In this document: positions 25,531 to 37,391 of the stretch, piece after piece
How the letters are laid out: the number at the start of each line of letters is the position of its first letter
Position numbering within the stretch: the stretch's first letter is position 1
DNA from: Chiloscyllium plagiosum
Taxonomy: Eukaryota
NCBI RefSeq assembly: GCF_004010195.1
Contig: NC_057751.1
Coordinates: forward strand, 17,833,768 to 17,897,767
Reading direction: 5' to 3'
DNA: 64,000 nt
Position numbers and translations under genes: made by a program
Notes under the pieces: generated by a model
Seen by the model: the letters and a program-made list of their open reading frames with translations, nothing else
Told to the model about the DNA's origin: nothing
Database searches by the model: none

Positions 25531-26003
25531 GGAAGAGCTTCACTGCAGTGCCTCTACTGTACTAGATACAATATATGTTCGACAAAATGATGTATTCTGA
25601 TACTGATATGACGACTGATAGATTTTAATGGTTTTGTTTCTGAATACAAACCTGGCAATCACTTTCCTTCAAACACCAATGGCACAGATATTCTGATCAG
25701 ATTCAGAAATTCCAATTACCTTCAGATGCCTTCTGTGTTCGACATTCGTGGACAGGGGCCTCCCAGAACGAACTTGGAATGATATCTACAAATCCACTCG
25801 TAAAAAAGATTTTTGTGACAATGCCAGAGGTCAGTGTGCCATATTCTGTCATTAAACATTCTAGCAGCGCAGTAAGCCAACTGTTCCCGCTGTTGTGAAT
25901 GGGTGAGTATATAATGCAATCCAGTTTCACGGGTGTAATGCTTTTCCTGATATCCGTTTGCATCCTTATGTAAAGGCTCGGAGCTAAGCCCTTGCCTGTC
26001 ACT

Positions 26004-26311
26004 TTAGATTCACTTCAGAATGGAAACAGACCATTGGGCGCAACAACTCCACCCCAGATCGCCGAAATTTAACCAAGGCAGACTAATTTCTCTGCTCTAG
26101 TCCTCACTAATGCAGCTAACACAAAGGACAATTTAAAATGACTAATTAATTTGGCCTGTGCATGTTTGGATTGCGGTAGGAAACTCACCGTGGTAGGAAA
26201 ATATGGGGAGAATGTGCAACTCTACACAGACAATCGCCCAAGGTGGGAATCAAATCCGGGTCCCCAGCACCGTGAGGCATCAGTGCTAAACACTGAGCCA
26301 CCGTGCCACCC
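26004..26311 (-). mobile_element. Diverged HE1 SINE
   Basis: cagtgctaaacactgagccaccgtgccaccc head and ttagatt tail. Confidence 0.8.
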
Positions 26312-26399
26312 TGCGTTGCTCTGCAATTCAATACCATCATGGGCTGACGACCCAACTCTGTCCCCTCAACACCACTGTCTCCCTTTCACGCCACGAATT

Positions 26400-26960
26400 A
26401 TATTCAACTCCATCTGGGAAGCAATCAATGTTTTGCCACCAACAGCTTTCTGTGGCAGAGCAATCCACAGGCTCCCGCCTATTCTCTGGATGAAGATATT
26501 TCTCCCCAGATAAGTGCCTCATCATATCCTTAATCTGTGACCCCCTGGTACTGAACTGCCCCACACCACCCGCAAAAGTGATTGCGAACATTCTTTACAC
26601 TGTCTGCTCATTGTTTGAACTTGATAGTTTTCTAGCAGTCCACGCCCTTCTCATTCTTCTAAGCTCACAACTAATAACCCGAATTGGCCTCTCTCGATCC
26701 ATCAGCATAGGAGTCTTTCTGGGAACGCCTCCACTCTCCACCCTCCATCGACAGAACATCCTTGCTCAGATAAGGAGACCCCAAACTGCAAACACACACA
26801 GTACCGCAAGGTTGGACTCGACTTGTTCTTCCCTGTAATCTAATCATGTTATCACAGAGGGCACAACATCCCATTGATCTTCCTTATCGTCCACTACACC
26901 TGCAAGGATGACTTTTAGCGAGTGGGTTAAGAGGGACACCCAGATCTTGTTGCACCTCCC
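26400..26960 (-). mobile_element. Old CR1 3' fragment
   Basis: QQDLGVPL, YLSKDVLSMEG and TRGSQIK. Confidence 0.7.
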
Positions 26961-27093
26961 CTTCTTTTCCGATCGAAACCAGAATGAAGTGGCCACTGTT
27001 GTTCCTGTGATCTCCTTGATCCACTGTTCTTTGGGATTGGAAGCGACATGAGCAGGAGTTTGTAAACCATTTCTCTCTTCCTGACCTTTGCAG

Positions 27094-27193
27094 GAATTTG
27101 ACCTGGATGTTGTGGCGATTATCAGTGACACTGTTAGAGTGATGATGTCTTGTGGATACAATGACCTTTTCTGTGAGGACTGCCTCTTTGTCA
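27094..27193 (+). pseudogene. Isolated hexokinase-like exon ([33 protein letters not shown])
   Basis: Polypyrimidine tract plus TGCAG acceptor, 100-nt open exon (phase 0 to 1) and GT donor. It aligns by eye to vertebrate hexokinase [21 protein letters not shown]....CEVGLIV. Confidence 0.8.
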
Positions 27194-27334
27194 GTGACCA
27201 CTTATGTGACAAGGAGGTCTGTCTTCGAAACTAGCCACAAGGCAGCAGGGACCTTGAGCTCATTAACGCTTTTGTTTTAACATCTCATTTCCTCAGTCTG
27301 TTGAGTACAGCAGTTGGGGCTTCATACTGGGCTT

Positions 27335-27480
27335 CACTAGGACGTTGGTGAGAACTTGTCAGGAGTGCTGTGCCGAGTCCTGTTCGCCCTGCCAAAAGAC
27401 GCATATTATTCAGCTGGAGAGGACTCAGAAGAGATTTACCAGGATGTTGCCGGGTACTGGAGGTTTGATTTATAAAGATA
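27335..27480 (+). mobile_element. CR1 RT C-terminal fragment
   Basis: IIQLERTQKRFTRMLPG. Confidence 0.8.
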
Positions 27481-30400
27481 ACAAAGAACAAAGAAAATTA
27501 CAGAACAGGAACACTCGGTCCTGGGACAATCCAGATCCTCTACCTATTCCTGTCGCCTATTTTCAGGATCAGGGTCACTCTGCTCCATGCCCACTCATGT
27601 GTCTGTCTAGATACAACTTAAGTTACACTATCGCCCCCGCCTTGACCAACTCCGCTGGCTATACATTCCAGGCACCAACAACTCGATGCCTAAAAATCTT
27701 TCCACACTTATTTTCATTGTAGCTCATCCTCCTCATCTTGAACTCGTGACCCCAAGCAATTGAGTCCCCCACTCTAGAAAAAGGCTTCTTGCGATCGACA
27801 CCTCTCTACAATTCTCATGATTTTGAAGACCTCATTTAGGACCCGCATCAATCTCCGTCTTTCTAATGAAATTAATCCTAATCAACTCAATATCTCTTCA
27901 TATCTAGCGCCCTCCATACAAGGCAACATCCTGGTGAACCTCCACTGCATTCTCTCCAAAACATCCACATTCTTTTGATAATGTGGCGATCAGTACTATT
28001 CAAAATGTGGCCGAACCAAAGTGTCTGACAAATATTAAATGAACTTCCAACTCTTGTACTCAATGCCCTGTCCGATTAAGGAAAGCATGCCATATGCCTT
28101 CTTGACCATTCTATTGACCTGCGTTGCCATCTTCATGGTAAAATCGACCTGAAAACCCAGATGTCTCTTTGCATCAATTCTCCCTCGGATTCTTCCTTTT
28201 ACTGTATAATTCAATTTCTAATTAAATCTTCCGAAATGCATCACCCCGCTTTTGCCCGGATTGAAAACCACCTGCCATTTCTCTGCCCAACTCTCAAATC
28301 CATCTATACACTGGTGCATTTTCTGACAGCCCCCTTCACTATCTGTTACTCCATCAATCTTACTGTCATTTGCAAACCTGCTAATCAAGCCACCTATACC
28401 TTCCTCTTCATCATTTATGTATATCAAAAACAACAGTGGTTCCAGCACAGATCCCTGTGGATCAACACTGGTCACAGGCCTCCATTTTCAGAAAGTCCAT
28501 TCCACTACTACACTCTGTTTCCACTTACCCAGCCTGTAGTACACCCTGGATCCCATGCAACTTCACTTTTTCCAATAGCCTGTCTTGGGGATCCTTATGA
28601 ATTGCTTTACTGAAGTTCAGGTCATGATATATACAGCCCTCCCCTCATCAATAAACTTTGTGTTTTCCTCCTATTAAGTTGGTAGGGTATGACCTCCCCA
28701 GCACAAATCCATGTTGACTGTCACCGATAAGCTCATTTACCTCCAAATGGGAATAGATCCTCTCCCTCATTATCTTCTCCAGTGGCTTCGCTACCACTGA
28801 TGTCAGGCTCACCCTGCTACCATTCTTGCACAAGGGGACAATATTAACAATTAACAGTCCTCCTGGACTTCACGCGTGTTAAAGAATACTGCAGGGGTAA
28901 CTGTTAATGCTCCAAATATTTCCTCTCTCGTTACGCTCAGTAAACTTAGATAGATCCCGTCAGGTCTTAGCGACTTATCCATTTTAATGTTTTTGTTAAA
29001 ATAACCTAACACTTTCTCCCTCCTTATGCCAATTTCACCGAGAGTAAACAATCACCTAACTCTTAATCTCAACATCCGTCATGTTCCTCACCTCGGTGAA
29101 TACCGATTCATTAAGAATCTCACCCATTTTCTCTGATTCTAAGCATAACTTTCCTCCTTTGCCCTTGAGTGGGCCAATCCTTTACCTATTTACCGTCTTG
29201 CTCCTTTTGTATGAATAAATGGTTTTGGCATTTTTCTCAGCCCTGTGTGCTAAAGATTTCTCATGATGCATTTTAACCCTCTTAATTCCTCATTTCACAT
29301 TGGTACTACATTCACAATATTCTTCCAAGACATCGTCTGTAGTTTAATTCAGATAAATTCCAGGTGATGCATTTTGGGAAAGCAAATCATAGCAGGACTT
29401 ATACACTGAATGGTAAGGTCCAAGGGAGTGTTGCTGAACAAAGAGACCTTGGAGTGCAGGTTCATAGTTCCTTGAAAGTGGAGTCGCAGGTAGATAGGAT
29501 AGTGAAGAAGGCGTTTGATATGTTTTCCTTTATTGGTCAGAGTATTGAGTAGAGGAGTTGGGAGGTCATGTTGCAGGTGTACAGGACATTGCTTAGGCCA
29601 CTGTTGGAATATTGCGTGCAATTCTGGTCTCCTTCCTATCGGAAAGATGTTGTGAAACTTGACAGAGTTGAGAAAAGATTGACAAGGACGGTGCCAGGTT
29701 TGGAGGATCTGAGCTACAGGGAGAGGCAGAACAGGCTGTGGCTGTTTTCCCTGGAGCGTCGGAGGATGAGGGGTGACCTTCTCGAGGTTTACAAAATTAT
29801 GAATGGCATGGATAGGATAAATAGGCAAAGTCTTTCCCATGGGGTGGGGGAGTCCAGAACTAGAGGGCATAGGTTTAGGGTGAGAGGGGAAAGATATAAA
29901 TGAGACCTAAGGGGCAACTTTTTCACGTAGAGTGTGGTACGTGTATGGAATGAGCTGCCAGAGGATGTGGTGGAGGCTAGTATAATTAAAACATTTAAGA
30001 AACATTTGGATGGGTATCTGAATAGGAAGGGTTTGGAGGGATATGGGCCGGGTGCTGGCAGGTGGGACTAGATTGAGTTGGGATATCTGGTCGGCATGGA
30101 TGGGTTGGATCGAAGGGTCTGCTTCCATGCTTTACATATGTATGACTCTATGACCTTATGTATGCTTCCTTTTACCTCTTAGCTCGTCTCACAATTTCAC
30201 CTGTCATCTATGGTTCGCTAAACTGGCCAGTTCTAGCCCTCATTTCACAGGAATGTATGTCTCCTGTACTCTAATTAACCTCGCTTGAAAAGTCTCCACA
30301 TATCAAATGTGAGTTTACGTTTAAACAGCTGCTCCCAACTTACATCCCCCAGCTTCTGCCGAAGTTTTGTCAAGTTGGCCTTCTCACAATTTCGAATGCT

Positions 30401-31710
30401 TCCTTTAAGTTTTGTACATGAATACGCTAAAACTTACGGAATATTGATCACTATTCCCAAAGTAATCACCTATTGAAACTTCAACCACCTGGCCAGGATC
30501 ATTCCCCAACAGCAGGTCCAGTCTGGTCCATTCCAGAGTTGAAAAATTTACGTGCTGCCATAAAAAAACCTTCCTCGGTTTTTCTTACAAACTCTGTTCC
30601 ATCTAAACATTTAATATTAAACGAATCCCGGTCAATGTTTGGAAAAGTGACATCTCGCATTACCACCACCCTGTTGTTCTGATATCTTTCCATAATCTAT
30701 AAACATATTTGTAACTTCATGTTATGCTCGTTGTTGGGAGGCCTGTAGAACAGCCTCAATGTGTTCACCACATTCTTCCAAGACTGTCTTAATTCTCGAG
30801 TCCTCCAAAGTGAACTCTGTCAGCACAGCTGTGATATCCTCTCTGACCAGTCATGCAACTGCTCCACCCCTTTTACCTCCCTTTCTATCCCGCCTGGAGC
30901 ATGTATAACCGGCCATATTAAGTCTTCAATCTTGCCCTTACTTCAAACAATTCTCAGTAATAACAATAACATCATATTACCCAGTGCTAATACAAGCCCG
31001 AACTTCATCTGCCTTACCTCCTACATGAAAACAAACAGGGGTCAGATCACTTGCCCCTTTGCATTTATCACCTGCTTCCTGCCTATCCTTCCTCTTAGTC
31101 ACACTCACTTCATTATTTAGTTTCTTAAATGCTTTACTTTCTAACGGTTTACTGCCCACTAAACTCATTATGCGGTTCCCACCCCACCAACACATCATTT
31201 TAAACCCTCCCCAGTAGCATTATCAAAAACACGCCTGAGGACATTAATTCCAGTCCTGCGCTGGTGTAAACCATCCGATGTGTAGTAGTCTCTGATCCAC
31301 CAGAAGTGGTCCCAATGTTCCAAAAATCTGAACCCTCCCTCATTCACCATCTCTCAAACCATTCATTCTTCCTTCCTATTCTTTCATTTCTACTGTGACT
31401 AGCACGTATCAATGGTGAAAATCCTGAGATCACCACCTCTCAGGTCCTACTTTCTGACTGGGTTCCGGACTCCTTAAATTCTGCTTGAAGGAACTCATCC
31501 CGTTTATTGCCTATATCACTGGTGCGTTTATGCACCACGGCAGCTGGCTGTTTGCCCTCTCCTTCAGAATGTTCTGCAGCTGATCTGAGAAATCCCTGAC
31601 CCATGCACCTGGGAGGCAACATACCATTTGGGAATCTGGTTTTCGAAAACAGAACCGCCTATCTACTCGCCTTACAATTGAATTTCCTTTGACTATAGCC
31701 CTTCCAAGTT
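27481..31710 (-). mobile_element. Near full-length decayed CR1 LINE (ORF1, APE, RT, (TTCTTTG)n tail), interrupted at 29341-30153
   Basis: PQGSVLEPLLFLIYIND, RFANDSKI, SQHGF, RDVTFPNID and the ORF1 motif VVHKRTSDIG. Confidence 0.88.
29341..30153 (+). mobile_element. Young 5'-truncated HER1/CR1 LINE nested antisense in an older CR1
   Basis: LLEYCVQFWSPSYRKDVVKLDRVEKRLTR with few stops; (ACTCTATG)n tail. Confidence 0.92.
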
Positions 31711-31719
31711 AATCAGTTA

Positions 31720-32979
31720 GCGTTCAGCAACCACACTTTTGGACCATGTAAGGTTTATGGAAAGATTAAGTAAAGCAGGCGAATTAGCAAGGCAGCATAT
31801 CAAAATTAGCAAAGCATGTAGTGATACAGAAAGAAGACAAAACATCAAAAACAACATAATTTCTAAGTTGGACTAACTCAGACGATACTGGCAGCTATCT
31901 TTATCCAAAACAGCAAAGACAGTTTCTGTTTTCGTAACATCAAATGTCCTGTACGAGTTTAAATTCATGTCATCTGTTATGAAAAAATTGTACCAGCAAC
32001 ATTTCCACGACTAACCAATTAAATCATTTCTTGATTATCCAATTGTATCGTGTTCATCGATGACTGGTGATATTTAGTCCCACTTGGAAGGAACATCTGC
32101 TGCATTGAAATTGTTCAATCGACTTGGAGAAACAGGCTTCGTGATAAACCTCTCAGAATGAATCTGAAAAAGACCAAGTCATCTTCAAGAGTCATGTGAT
32201 TAGACATTAGGAGACGGTCGCATGGGATGTGCAAACAAAGGTCATTGGAGTGAATCCTATGCCATTGACGAAAAGGGTCGTACTACGATTCTTGGAATTG
32301 ATTTTTTTAAATCAAAACTTTGTCCCGATTTTTAGCACTGTTGTTCCTCCACTAACGGACTTTTTGAAGAGGTGCAGAAAATTCCAATACACGAAACACT
32401 GTCAGAAAGCATTTGGCTTCCGGAAAACTGTACGAGATACTGCCACATTGAGAGGCTCACTAAAGGCACAAAGCAATTCAAGAGGCTGTCGATGCGAGTG
32501 ATGTGGGTGCCGTTGCTGTACCGTAGCATGTAAACGACGAGAAGATAGAAGAACAGCAACTTGACTGATCATCAACAGAAATATTATGATTGAGAAGGAA
32601 TCAATGAGCTTGTCAGTAATGTGTCTGAGACAACTAAATGCACTAATCATAATCATTGAACGTTTTTGGAGAAAATTAAGGACATTAATTCCGGACTGCT
32701 TCGATGTAGCCTATTATTGCAGCCATTCAATTTGAAAATTATGCACAAGACAAGACGAAAGGACGAATTGCCTATATGTTGTAACGACTTTGATGAAGAA
32801 AGATAGAGACGTTTAGTGGCGTGAATAAACTGTCTGAAATGGACAGCTAGAGTGGAAATTTGCGTGGTTAAATTCAATCTAATGTATATCTGTTGTTGTG
32901 AACTAAGAGCTTAACACTAACCGTTTTAAGAACGAAGCCGTCCGAGAGCATTGTTGGCTCATTGTCTTAATTAGGGAAA
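31720..32979 (+). mobile_element. Gypsy (Gmr1-like) pol relic: post-integrase region, RT, RNase H
   Basis: SKLD*LRRYWQL..VFVTSNVLYEFK, VFID-like catalytic region, AVDASDVG; homologous to 62750-64000. Confidence 0.75.
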
Positions 32980-33605
32980 TGTGATGATACTGGGGCTTTA
33001 TTTTGTCCTTCTTGTTGAATAGAGGTTAAAAGGCAGAGGGGACGAGTTCACCAATGAAGGATCAGAAAGTTAACACAATCGAGGCTTTGAGGATTTTTTC
33101 GGAAGTTGGAAAAAGAGGAGCAGCCTGGCTGGGTGTAATGAACTATCACAGACCAGTATATCTCGAATTTAGTATATTAGCTATGAGATTTATGGTCAGT
33201 TACTGTTGGATTTTCAACAGGGTTAAAAGCTCAATATCTTCTGGCTGCTTTTGTCTTTGAGTTTTCACTTGATGGTTTTTCTTCTGGTTTGCTGGACCGA
33301 CCTGTGTAACAAATCCAGTTTTGAGAATGGGTCTGTTTATGGAATGCTTCTCTACAAGAACAGGTAATTAGTATTAGTTACTATTCTATTAATTTTTCCA
33401 ATAGAGTTCAGTTATGTAAGTTCTTTCTGTTGTTGTATTTTAACAGTGGTGTTTGAATAAATTGTGTATTGTTTAACGCTGAGTAGTTTGGCTAGTTGAA
33501 TTGTATCTCGAATGCAGCACTTTACATCTGTCGTTAACATAAGATCAACACGTCTCTAGGCTACCTTCTCAAGATACTTTGAGGGGCCTGGTATGGTCCG
33601 TTAAT
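32980..33605 (+). mobile_element. 3' LTR of the Gypsy relic
   Basis: Purine tract then TGTGATGA start, AATAAA at 33456, end similar to the LTR end at about 60260-60311. Confidence 0.6.
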
Positions 33606-34269
33606 GTGTTAGACATCATGTTCAGTCTCAGACCTGGTTCCAAGTGAGCTGGTTTAATGTCAAGTCCTCTCCGTGCGTCATTAAAGGGTGCCAGCCGATG
33701 TGAAGTTATTTTACCATGGATTGGGAATAATGATGGACAGAGATACTTTTCAATGGAGAGCGAGGACTATTGGATATAGGCATGCTAGAATTTCAGAGGT
33801 AGCATGATGATTGACGGGCAGAGGAGAAAAGGGATTGCAGTGTTGGTGCTATAGTGGGTGAGAGTGATGTTGGACATGGAGACATACAAATAGGATTAAA
33901 GTATTAGGGTTGGACATGGAGACTGTCGAATACGATGAGAGCAACGAAGTAGGTTTGTGTATGAGTGATGATTGACATGGATACTGTTCAAGTTGTTTGG
34001 AGAAATGATGAGAGAGATTGCCAAGGTATAATCGAAGTAGTGACAGCCAAAGATATACCAGTGAATGTGAAGGAAGCATAGACATGAATGATTGACACGA
34101 AATCTGTCCGTTTAGATGTGTTTAACGTTGAGGTGGGATAGAGAGTGATGATCCAAATTAGTTATTCAATGAAATTGACTTTTTTGTCACTCGACAATGG
34201 TTTGAAGGGAATCATTAGACTGTTAATGGACATGGAGATTGCTTTACGGCATGAGATGGCTTGGTTTGG

Positions 34270-34575
34270 GTTGGCACAGTGGCTCACTGCTTCGCACTGC
34301 TGCCTCTCAGCGCCAGGGACTTGGTTCGATTCTGGCCAAAGGCAACTGTCTGCAAATTATGTTTGTGTCTGCATGGTTTTCCTCCGGGTCTCCGGTTTAC
34401 TCTCATAATCCAAATATGTGCAGGTCAGGTGAATTGGCCATGCTAAATTGCCCATAGTGTGCAGGGATGTGTAGGCTGGTTGCATTAGTAAATGGTGAAT
34501 GTAGAGGGATGGGTTTGGGTGGCATACTCTTCAGAGGGTCGCTGTGGACCTGTTGGGCTGAAGGGCACTGTAGAG
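34270..34575 (+). mobile_element. HE1 SINE, diverged
   Basis: tggcacagtggctc...ggttcgattc...gtgaattggccatgctaaattgccc. Confidence 0.85.
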
Positions 34576-35769
34576 AGTCAAGAATGAGAGAATGGGGATT
34601 GGCCAAAAGAATGGGAGCAAAGTCGTTCTTGGGTGGCAAAAAACTGATATGGGACATGGTGACTGGCGAATGGTGCCACGGTTGGGGGAAGTGATGCTGC
34701 TCGTGGAGAATTGTAAATTGGATGGAGTTGCAGTAGGATGTGAATAGGAATGCTGATAGATATGGGGACTGGCCTGTGAAGTGGAGAGGTAGAGAGATGT
34801 GGGCTGAAAGTGATGAATGCCGTCAAGAGTGTCCAAGGAATGAGAATATTATTGAGGGTTGGAGGGGTGCGCAATGAAGGTTACTGAACTGATCAATGGA
34901 ATCGATCTGCTTTGTGGATGGTGAACAGAGTGCTGATGGTCATAGTAGCTGGGCAATGAGAATAGAGTATGTGTGTTCAGATGGAAGAGTTTCATTGGCC
35001 AAGGTGACTGGCCATTATGGTGGGTTAAGTGTTGAAATGGGCTGTCAGAGGACACCAATGGCAATGAAGCATGAGTGGGGGCCTACTGAGGAGCGTTGAT
35101 AACCGTGGACACTGCCGAGTGTTAATGATGTGGCGTGGCAGATAGGCTGATCGGACACTTCAAGACTTGCAACTTGGTTGAGAATAATAGCACGGTAGGA
35201 CCGTACGTTTTGATGGACATCTGACTGATCATTTGTTTGGGTGCGCTGGGAGACTGATGTTGGACATAGAGACTGGAAAATGAAATCAGATTAATGTTTT
35301 TGTTTGGGGCAGGAGAATGATAATGAAAATGGAGTCGGGTCGAATGATTTGAAGGGTTTGGGAGAAGGGGTGATAGAGAGGTAATGGTTATGGAAACTGG
35401 CCAATGGAATGGGAGCGATGGTGTGGGGGAGAGAAATGTGTTTCTTTCTGAACTGAGACGAACCAATGGGAAGGCAGCATTGAGTGGAATGGAAGACAGT
35501 GATGCTTGCCAATGCTATAAGTTGGGGGTACGTGGGCACTGCGAAGTTTAGGTGAGTTTCAGACATTACTACTCCCATGCTCCAGCCATTAACCCTTCAT
35601 TATAGTTGTGCTATCCCTTTATATGCGTACATCCACCAAAATCATCCTACAGACAAGGCAAGAACCGTTACTATTTACCATCCCTCTTCTCCACCTGTTG
35701 CAGCTTGTCCTAGCTCTGAACAACCTCTCCTTTAACACCCTGACAGTCTTCAGGTTAAAGCTGTGGCAA

Positions 35770-36185
35770 TGTGTGCTCAAGGGACTGTTTTCCATGGAGC
35801 ATCGGAGGCCAAGGGGTGAACTTATTTTATAAAATCGTAAGATGCATAAATAGGGTAAGTAGATACGGTCTTTTCCCTAGAGAGGGCGAGTCCAGGTCTA
35901 AAGGGCAGAGGTTCTGGGTGACATGTTAAATATTTAGGAGGGACTAAGTGGCATCTTCTTCACAGAGAGTGGTGGACGTATGGAATGAACTATTAGAGGA
36001 AATGGTTGAGGCTGGTACAATTGCAACATCTAAAATTTATCAGGATAGGCATACGAATTGGAAGGTTTTGGAGAGATGTGGTCCAAGTGCAGGCAAATGG
36101 CACTAGATTAGGTTATGATATCTGGTCGGCAAGGACAAGTTGGACCAAAGGGAATGTTTCCGTGCCATACATCTCTATGTCTCTA
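35770..36185 (+). mobile_element. CR1/HER1 3' fragment
   Basis: KGLFSMEHRRPRGEL; ctctatgtctct tail. Confidence 0.8.
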
Positions 36186-36199
36186 TATATTAATCTATA

Positions 36200-37060
36200 A
36201 GACCCAGTTATGCCTGTCTTTTTATGTAACACGAGGAAGCCTCCACGTTCCTATCCTACTTGGGAACCCACCCACAACGCTGTCTCCAGTATATTAATGG
36301 CATCAACGCTTTTGTTTTCCCTCTGGTCCGGAATTGGAAAATTATATCAGTTATCCTTCAAATGTTGACACGGCTCTCACATTCATCTTGTTAATGTCTG
36401 ACTCCTCCCTTGCCTCCTTTGTGATTTCTATTTTAAATTCTGCAGTTAGACTGACCACTAAAATCCAATACAAACCAATCTACTCTCACAGTTCCCTCGA
36501 CTATATATACTAACACCGCCCTTCTTCTCACTGACTCATTTCCATTCTCCCAGTCTCTCTGTCTTCGTCATATCTGTTCCAAGGATGTCACCTTCGCCAG
36601 GCGAATATCAGAAATATCCATCCTTTTTCTCTACTGATTGTTCACCACTATCATGATCAAAATACCTTTAGCAACGTTTGAATCTCAACCTTCCCCTTCC
36701 CTACGACACAAATGTTGTAGTCCCGCTGGTGCTCACTTCTTATTCTCGGGATTTCAACATCTAAAGGATCAAAGGCTGCCATTTGTTTCACCTTCACTGT
36801 AATTCCTCCACGATAGACATAATTCCCTCGGCTTGCTTGACAATATTCCTGAGGTTAATTCACAAACGATCTTTAGACACACCTTTCAAACCCACGACTG
36901 CCTCCATCGTGAAGCACAATTGCAACGGATCATTGGACATATCCATTACCTGCCAGTTCCTCTCCAAACCACTCGCTATTGTGACTTCAAAATATATTGC
37001 CGCTCTATCATTGTCGCTGCAGAAAAATCTGATAACTCCCCGTCTGAGTGCATTACGGAT
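36200..37060 (+). mobile_element. Decayed Penelope-like RT C-terminus and linker
   Basis: KIQYKPIYSHSSLDY and IPFSQSLCLRHICS, homologous to 50413-50910. Confidence 0.7.
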
Positions 37061-37069
37061 CAATATAAC

Positions 37070-37295
37070 ATGGAACAAATTAATCTTTTTTCTTTACCCA
37101 GAGTGTAGTGTGGGCGTGGAATGCACTGCTCGCAACAGTAGCCGACTCGGCAACTCTAAGGGCATGTAAATAGCCATTGAATAGACATATGGAGGAAAAT
37201 ATAATAGTGTAGTTTAGATGAGCATCAGATTGTTACCAGAGGTTAATGCAACATAAACAGCCAAAGTGCCTGTACTGCGTTGTAATGTTCTTTGT
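37070..37295 (+). mobile_element. CR1 3' end
   Basis: tacccagagtgtagtgtgggcgtggaatgcactgc...gcctgtactgcgttgtaatgttct. Confidence 0.7.
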
Positions 37296-37391
37296 AGCAG
37301 TTCAAGAAGGCAGCTCATCACGATCTTTTCAAGGGCAACCAGGGAAGGCAAAAATTGCTGGCCCTGCCACCGACGCTCACGTCACATGGAG

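Noticed and set aside
25703..26002. 99-aa and 65-aa minus-strand ORFs
   Set aside because: No recognisable motif or splice support
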